The notes below the pieces were generated by a model. That model saw nothing but the letters and a program-made list of their open reading frames with translations. It was not told the origin of the DNA and searched no databases. Of a stretch of 44,351 nucleotides of DNA, positions 36,801-44,351 are shown one piece after another (within the stretch, counting starts at the first letter, position 1; every line of letters begins with the position of its first letter). Source of the stretch: Folioceros fuciformis (Eukaryota); contig JBNGIO010006255.1 in the NCBI GenBank assembly GCA_049999805.1, forward strand, positions 650,832 to 695,182, read 5' to 3'. The position numbers were made by a program, and so were the translations under genes.

Positions 36801-39520
36801 GAAGGAAGAAGAAGAGGAAGGGAGGAGGCGAGGGAGCTTGTCATAAAGTCGTCTCTCCTCGAGCGCTGCGATTTGTTTCATCTCGACGTTCCAGACTCAT
36901 TACCACGGACATATATACATGGGCAAAGACCTATGAGTGCGTGCAGTACGTAGGTGCATCCGTATGTTGCCCCGTATGGTACAGTATGTATTTGTATAAC
37001 GTGAAAAGGGAAGGGACTCGAGAGGGCAAGGGCAAGGGAAGCGCAAGGGCAGGAGCAGGAGGAAGAGGAAGAGGAAAAGGAGGAGGATGCCTGGATGATG
37101 AGGCTCTGGCTCTGGCTCTGGCTCTGGCTGTGTCCTGCAGAGTGCAGGGTGGCAGGCCGGGGGAGAGAGGGTCTGAGAAGGGCCCTGGCCCGGCCTGGCC
37201 TGGCCTGGTCCCATGGAGTCGTCACCTGCCACGTGCGGCGCCTGACAGGCTCAGGCTCCAGTCGATTTGGGCAGGAACGTGCAGGCGAGTGTCCCGCGTG
37301 GGCCTGGGCTCCCGCTCCCTCGCAGTCCGTCTTCCTCTCCCTCTCCTTCTCCCTGTCCCGGCCGTGGGCCGCCGGCGCAAATGTTGCGCCAAGGTCGCGC
37401 TACCCTGCTACCTGGTCGGGCCGGCCTGCCAAGTGTTGCCACGCCCGCCATCGGTGTGTGAGAATCGGGATGTTTTACTGCTGGTTTACATTTTGGCTTA
37501 CTTCCCGGCTGGGCCTGCCTTCCCATTGGGGGCTTCCGCGCCTGGCCTGGCCTCACCTCTCTGAAAGTATGTATGTCTGTATATTCTATGCCTGTTCCTT
37601 CCACCTTCCATTCTTCCATTCTTCCATTCTTCCCACCGATGATGGCTGCATCATTCATTGTTTTGTCTGAAGGAGACTGGTTGGTGCCTGCTGCTTCGTT
37701 AAAGCGGGCAGGTGGGAGAGGGAGGGGAGGTGGGGGGCGGGGTGAGGCCAGGCCAGGTCAGGCCAGGCCAGGCAGGGAGGGCTTGTCCGGGCCCTCGGGG
37801 AATGGAATCTGGCCGCCTGGCCTCCCGTGTTGCTGTTCCACTGTGCGCAGATTCATGAATGAACGGGTGAATGAATGAAGGAGGAAGCGAGCGCACGAAC
37901 GAATGAATGAATGCAGGCCAGGGAGAGAAGGCCGAGCCTGAAGGGGGAGGAATGCCAATGAGAATGCGGTTCTGGGAAGGAATGGACTGGGACTGGCACT
38001 GGGACTGGAATGGGATGGCGATGCCCGCCTGCCTCTGCCGGTGGGCGGTCGCCATGCCCGAGACCACGCGCTCTCCACACTGTACACCGTGCGCCATGCA
38101 CTGTGCAGGTGAGTTCATCCCGGGACTGCGACAGGGGCAGAGGCAGAGACAGAGACAGGGACAGCGACATCCACATCCACATCCACACACAACGCAGACA
38201 CGCACACAGTAGACACACCACGCCACATCGGCGACACACTAGCTACATACAATGTAGTTAATAAATGTGTCCACACAACGTCTTATGCGACGGTACGTAA
38301 GCGCGCAAGTGTGTGGCGACCAGACTCCAGTGAGACTCGATCCTCGACCCTTGAGTCTCCTCGAGTGGCCCCTCGAGCGTCCCCCCGTGCTCGTGAGTGT
38401 CACCTGCTGTGTCCCCTCGACTCCCTCGGGCACCGCCTCCGTCGCGTTGTTGGACTCGACTACATGCGAGCCTTGGGCTGGAGCCGAAGGGAGGCTGGGC
38501 TCTCCACACAGCTGAAGGCTGCAGGCACCAGGCACCAGGCACCAGGGATGGAGACAAATGCATGTGCCCGCGGGCCATTGACCCCGCCCACGCCCATGCC
38601 AACTTTGTATGGGGGAACGGCCCCGGGCCCGGCCGTGGGAAGGAAGGGGAGTCGGCGAGAACCCAGCCCAGCTCAGCCCAGCCCAACCCAACCCAACCCA
38701 ACCCAATGGAGCCGGCATTGCATCGCCGATGAGACGTCCCATGCCACGCTCACGACGCATGCGTCAGTGACCACTTGCGACTCGCCAGCCCCCTCCTGTG
38801 TGGGGCGATAGACTTGCGTGGACTGTGAACGTGCGATGGCGGACGACAGCAGACAGACCACACCAGACCAGACCGGACCAGAGAAGAGCAGACCAGAGCG
38901 GGGCGGACCAGACCAGAGTATGGCGCAGACACAAGCGCAAGCATTCTGGTTATAAAAAAACGCCATCACCATCTCTGTGGCTGTTGCTGTTCCTGTTGCT
39001 GTTACAGTAGCCGCTGTAGCTGCTGTAGCTAGTGCGAGTGCTAGTGGTGCTGCTTTTGAGTCTGATGTGGGGGGCAAGCCCGACGAGGCGCCACATGGCG
39101 AGCAGATTTAGCATGCTCGCCATGGACATGTCCAAAGGGCCTGGTGCACACACGGGCATATGCTGCGAGATGCCGCATCCCGGACTCCTGGGCCTCTCGC
39201 CACCTCCTGCACCGCATCCGTATCCGTTATGGAACAAGGTGCAGGAGACCAGGCACCGGGCGTAACAAGCCACGGACACTCTCATCAGTCGAGAACGAAC
39301 TCATACACACACACCTGTAGGCCCAGGGCCTAGGCTCATGCTCATGCTCAGGCCGGATCCCCTTCCTCCTCCTCCTCCTCTCTTAACTGCACGCTCTGTC
39401 TGGCAGGCCGCACCGTCTCTCTTCCACCATGGGCCCAGGTGCCCACCACCCAACACCAAACACCAATACCACCCTCTCCCTCTTCCTCCTCCTCCTCCTC
39501 CTCCCGCGTCTTCCTCCCGG
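33900..39520. repeat. GC-rich non-coding region dense in short 4-7-bp simple repeats
   Basis: (tgta)n 33917, (ccgggtg)n 34500, (tgtgg)n 34967, (gc)n 35211, (gggca)n 35790, (gagt)n 36335, (ggctct)n 37102, (gaat)n 37856, (cccaa)n 38686 and (cct)n 39364/39485. The overlapping ORFs are low-complexity. Confidence 0.8.
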
Positions 39521-40175
39521 TTCCCTTTTCGTGTCGGCCATACTCATGTCACATCCATGTGCTCTCTGTCATACCATGTCGGCCTCTCCACCTGCCCTCC
39601 TCCCCTCCCTTATGCACCATATCTCAATCCCACCTAAATGCTTTCGCCCACTTCCATCACTCCTACCCACTCAACCAATCTTTTATGATTACGCTTGCTC
39701 TGTCATCAACCTTAGTTTCCCCGCATATCATCTTTTTCTTGTCTTTTTCTTTCTATTTATTCATTTATTTATTTTATTGCCCAACTGATATCACATGAAA
39801 TACCTCAACCTCAACCTCAACAGTATAGTTTCCTGTGCCAACTCTGTACCACCATCTCATGCAACTTAAATATACAAATGGCTACATAGAATCCTATGAC
39901 CCAAGTGTGGTGATCTCTATCCCACGCATTGCATGCCAGAATTGAAGCAACTTGTATGAGCTCTCTGCCATATGCACCTTTACTCAGCCAGCTTTTAGGA
40001 ACGACGAAGTCAAATGGATAAGACTATCAGTCTGGGCCAATCTAAGGTGCTCTGAGTGTTGGATAGCTTACATCCCTCCCCTCATTGTGTAGTCACGAGA
40101 GTTTTTTGAGATTTCATTTGTACTTATTCATTCCATTCTATTCTCAGCCCAATCCTTTCTAAACATGTCCTCTCT

Positions 40176-40265
40176 ACCAATCTTCTAGTTGCACACAAGG
40201 TATGTAAGCTTCTAAGCACCACCAATCTTCTAGCTGCAAACAAGGTTTGTAAGCTTCTAAGCACT
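40176..40265 (+). repeat. 45-bp direct tandem duplication
   Basis: accaatcttctagttgcacacaaggtatgtaagcttctaagcacc followed by accaatcttctagctgcaaacaaggtttgtaagcttctaagcact (4 mismatches). Confidence 0.9.
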
Positions 40266-42999
40266 ACTACTCCTCATATCGTATGAATGGAGACTTTGTT
40301 AGCAAAATGAGACAAACCCATCTACCCCAAGATAAAGGCAACAAGCTACACAAACATGTATGTCAAAAACTAAACATATCCATGTGAGAAGTTGAGACAA
40401 AGGCATGTCCATGTTTTATCTATTCTTACGTCATCATGAAAACATGGGTCTTTTGAACAACACTTGCGCACTAACTACAACAAAACTCTCTATATTTTAG
40501 GTCAACTTTTGTAACATGCAGAATTGGATTACACTTTTGGAATATTTTTTATCATTAAGATGTCTGAATTGAATAAAAAAGCTTGGATGTATGAATAATA
40601 GAGGAGCATGGAAAAGAACATCGTGATTTGGAAATAATTGCAAATATTTTTTCTATGAATCAATTCATATGAGCTCGTTTACAGTTTACAAGGTACATAA
40701 ATCGATAGGACCTCGTCGAAACAAGATGCTAGTGTTTGATAACTATCTTGTTACGATAAGAGAGAATTTGTGGGAAAATTTTTAAAGAAATTTATCCTTG
40801 TACAAATATTTATATTATAATGAAGTGCAGATCTCAATTCCATTTTTTTGGGTTTGGGAAGGGTAGAAAAGAAAAGAAAAGGAATCCTAGGTTGTTGTCG
40901 TTCATTGTTTTGAAATATGCTTCATCACCAAGCTTGTTATCTAAAGGGCTGGGCTCGAACACAGGCTCTTGTTTTGCAAAACATGGACTCGTGTAGGAAA
41001 ACATTTTTCAAGCTTGACATATGGAGTTAACGTTAATTGTCTTATATGTGTGAGGATATTCTGGAACTTGGATCTTTCCCGTGCATTGGAAATATGAAAT
41101 ATATATTTAAACAAAATGTGCATGAAAATAAATAATAGTAAAATAAAAAGCAGTGCGATTTGAGCTCTTCAATATGGGAAGGGGAAAATAATGATCACAA
41201 TTTCACGGAATCCTAAGAGCATTAAACGACATGTATAAGCAGCATCTGCTGCCTTGATTGGACAAGTAATGTAACTCCTCCCGTCTCCGTTGTGTGTCCG
41301 TACCGGAGAAAAATGACAAAAAAATATTAATTCAGAAACAACAACGGTGAGTGACGCCGCATGACGGGACACCGGTTCTTGTCAAACCAAACTTTGGTTG
41401 CAGCATAATCTTGGAGCACAAGACACCAAAAACTGTGGGGAGCCCGATGTTTGGGTGAACTGCATGAGGCAAGTGTGTGTGCTGTTTGTGTGTGTTTGAG
41501 CCCCCGGTACCCGGAAGACATCACATGAAGGAGCAGGTGGAGTATTGAAATCCGGACTTGGGAGTGGTGACTTCCCTCCCACAGTGACTTTGGCTTGCAC
41601 CGCCATATTGGCTGCTTTTCCCAGGAACGTAGGGAGGTTTGCTTTCCGTGGCCTGACCTGGCCGGGCCATGCCTGCCCTGGCTTATTCACACCTGTTGGA
41701 GTCGTCCACCGAATTGATGTAAGCGTCGCGTTCCAGGGTTGGGATCCAGGACGGAGGCGAGGCAAGGTGAAACGTGGGAAGGAGCAGCAGTTGGGGCAGG
41801 AAGGAGGTGGGGAAGGAAACTGTAAGAAATGGAGCAAGTGTGGTACGTACAGATAACGGGTAGCAGGATAGGATAGCCGTGGACGGAAAGATTTGCAGAA
41901 TGTCGATTTGCAGGATTCACGCTTCTAGAATGTATGTCTTGCGATCAGGCATGAGGCGGGGCTGACACCTTTGCCCCTCGCTCGTGTGGCATATGATTGA
42001 CGGCAGTTAGGCTATCGATCGAAGGCGAGCGAGGCCGAGCCCCCGAGCGGGGCAGGCAGGCCAGACCACCCAGACCCAGACCCAGACCCAGACCCAGGCC
42101 AGGGTTTGTTTTTGTTTTGTATGTTTACGGAGTGGGACACACGCGCAGCGAATTCGAAGCAAGTGGACGACGACGAGCGCTGGGGGAGGAGGCAGTCAAA
42201 GAGTGGACGGAGACAGACGGAAAGGAGCAAGGAAGGATGGAAGGAAAGAAGCTTCGGGCGGATGAGAGACGATCCCCTGTAGCAGCCCGAGGTGGTGCAC
42301 ACACACATGCTGCTGGTGGACGGGAGCAGGCTTGTGCAACTGTGCTTCCGCCGTCGGCCGTCCTGCTGCTGCTGCTGCTGCAGCTGCTTTGCCGAGTACA
42401 GGGTGATGGCAAGTACGAGAGGATCCACACTTGTATGGAGCTTTTGGCGGTTCGGTTGAGATGAGATGGAGGAAAGGCGTCGCACGCGGACGGCAGCAGA
42501 AGCCGCGGAGGAGGCGGAGTCGCGCTGCCAGGGTTTGCACCTGAAGCCGGCGCACGCACAGCAGAGATGGCGAGGGACAGCGAACGGACGGAAGGGCGGA
42601 CGGAGATCGGCCATGGCGGACAAAGCCCTAACGGGAGCCGGGAACCAGGGATGGCACACTTGGGTAAGCGAGTGGTGAGGTGACCCGGCTGGGACCCGGC
42701 CATGCGCCTGGAGTTGTCAGCCTTCACGTGAACCCGATCATGGATGACGGGACCTGCGCTGCTTAGCGCGAAGCCCTAATGGAATGGGTAACCATCCCGT
42801 CTTTGACTGTAGCACGGCATCGACGCTAATGGGACCAGGCCGCGTGGCGCCGCGGCCACTGTTGTGCCCGAAAGGAAAGCGTAGCGGGGACCGCTCGTAC
42901 TCTCATGTCGGAGCCACATTTGATAAGCTTGCCTGACAAGACAGGCTCCTGCAAAGCTGCCACTGACCCAAACAATGGTTGCAATTGGCGAATCGTGGG

Positions 43000-44351
43000 C
43001 TACTGCTGCTTCTCTGGAGCTCAGCTCTGCTCTGCTCTCCTCTCCTCTCCTCTCCTCTGTAGGCTCTGCACGCGCTCCGAGGAGCCGGCGAAACGGCATC
43101 CGTGCTCCGCTGCTCCAGCAGCTCTGCCCAAGCCCACGTCCTAGGTCCCTAACCTTCCTGTCTTCCTTCCTTCCTTGCCTTCCCCTCCCCTCCCCACCCG
43201 TCCCTTCCGTTCGCTTCCTTCCTTTGCGATGCTTTCAGACAGCAGCTGGTTCTGATGCTGGCTCTGCTCCTCGTCGCGCCACCTCTTTTTTTTCCCCCTC
43301 TGCACAAAAGTGACTACAGTAGCCCACCGCTTGCGCTTCCCCCCCTTCCCCGCTCCTGCGGGCGGGCATGCTCCTGTAGATGATGGATACATATGTATGA
43401 GCATTGGCGTGGAATAGAAGAAGCGATCCCCTGCCTCTCTCACCTTTTGCCGCTGCCCACCACCTCGCCCTCGTCGTCTTTCGGGGGAGGCTGTACCATC
43501 CTGCTGGGCCGGAGAGAGAGTAGGGTGAAGAGTGGCCTTCTCTCTCCCTCCTTATATTCAGAGCTCCCGTCTCCCACACTTTCTTCTCTTTGTCACAACC
43601 GAGGTCTGCTTTCCTGCCACTGCCCATCATCGTCTCTCTGCTTGCTCTTGCGCCTGCTGTCGCTGCCACTGCCCGCTGCCCCTTCCTCTTCACAGCCTCG
43701 CCACGCCTAGGTTCTGAGTCTCGCTTTTTAGCCTTGCTCAACTCTTCCCTCCCCAGCCCAGCCCAGCCCAGCTCTGCCAGGCCTCCCTCTTCCGGCCTCG
43801 TTCCTAGCTTTTCCCAAGCGTGGAAGGCTGGCTTGCTCGGAAATTGTGCTTCGGCTTGTGAGCGTCACGGTCTCTGTTTCCGTGTTGCTCTGTGAGTGAG
43901 TGAGTGTGTGTGTTGTGTGTGTGCTGCATATGTATGTGTGGTGGCGTCGCAGGCATGGTGTCGATGGGTTCCCGAGCGCGTGAGCATTGAGAGCGGGTAA
44001 AGGAGAGTACTTCCAGAGGTTCAAGGAGTCTACTGTGTGCGTGGCTCGAGGAGAGCAAGGAAGGGTGTGGATCGCACGCTGCTGCAGCTGCTGTTGCACC
44101 GTCTACCTTCCCTCGTCTTCCCTCCCTAAGCTTGTCTTGTGAGACTTGCTTCCCTCCAAGGCTTTGCACCGCTGGCTGCTTCCTGCTGCTTCTGCTGCCG
44201 GCCTTTGTGCAGATTCTGGCTCCGCCTCCACCTGCCTGCTGCTTCACCCCTCCCGGAGCAGCAGCAGGCAGCGCTGGCGGAAACAAAGTCAGCCTGAGGG
44301 TGGACTCGCTCTCGGATTCTCCCTTCCCAAGATGGCCACATTGTCTTGCAC
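43000..44351 (+). promoter_or_regulatory. Probable promoter / long 5' leader of a gene starting at or beyond the window end
   Basis: Pyrimidine-rich (CT) tracts and an ATG in strong context (aagATGGcc, 44332) running off the edge. Confidence 0.3.

Noticed and set aside
33300-39300. Many overlapping 100-240 aa ORFs in all frames
   Set aside because: Low-complexity translations of microsatellites in GC-rich DNA, with no domains or credible splice structure.
44148-44305. miR477-like sequence tccctccaaggctt
   Set aside because: Only a partial match, with no convincing complementary star arm.

Overview
Eukaryotic land-plant nuclear DNA, most likely a hornwort (Anthoceros-like). This is inferred from the compact ~100-bp introns, dense gene packing and a PLS-class PPR gene with a 'WW'-type PG box. 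Gene order: a MUSTACHES-like LRR receptor (pseudo)kinase (+); a 6-exon plastid-targeted conserved unknown protein (-); a ~27-repeat PLS PPR editing factor with a decayed DYW:WW tail (+); an intronless AT-rich GDSL esterase fused to a long AKAP(I/V)PSP repeat (+); a ~4.3-kb decayed Mutator-like element; EF-1 beta/delta (-); APS kinase (+); MLH3 (+); MCM-binding protein ETG1 (+); then ~12 kb of microsatellite-rich, apparently non-coding DNA. The most notable observation is that the Mutator element, bounded by ~300-bp inverted repeats, carries a second gene convergent with its transposase in the mudrB position. That gene reads as an RPA70-C-like zinc-finger/OB-fold ssDNA-binding protein and is missed by the ORF track because of in-frame stops. 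There are two assembly gaps (13482-13881, 23654-23753).
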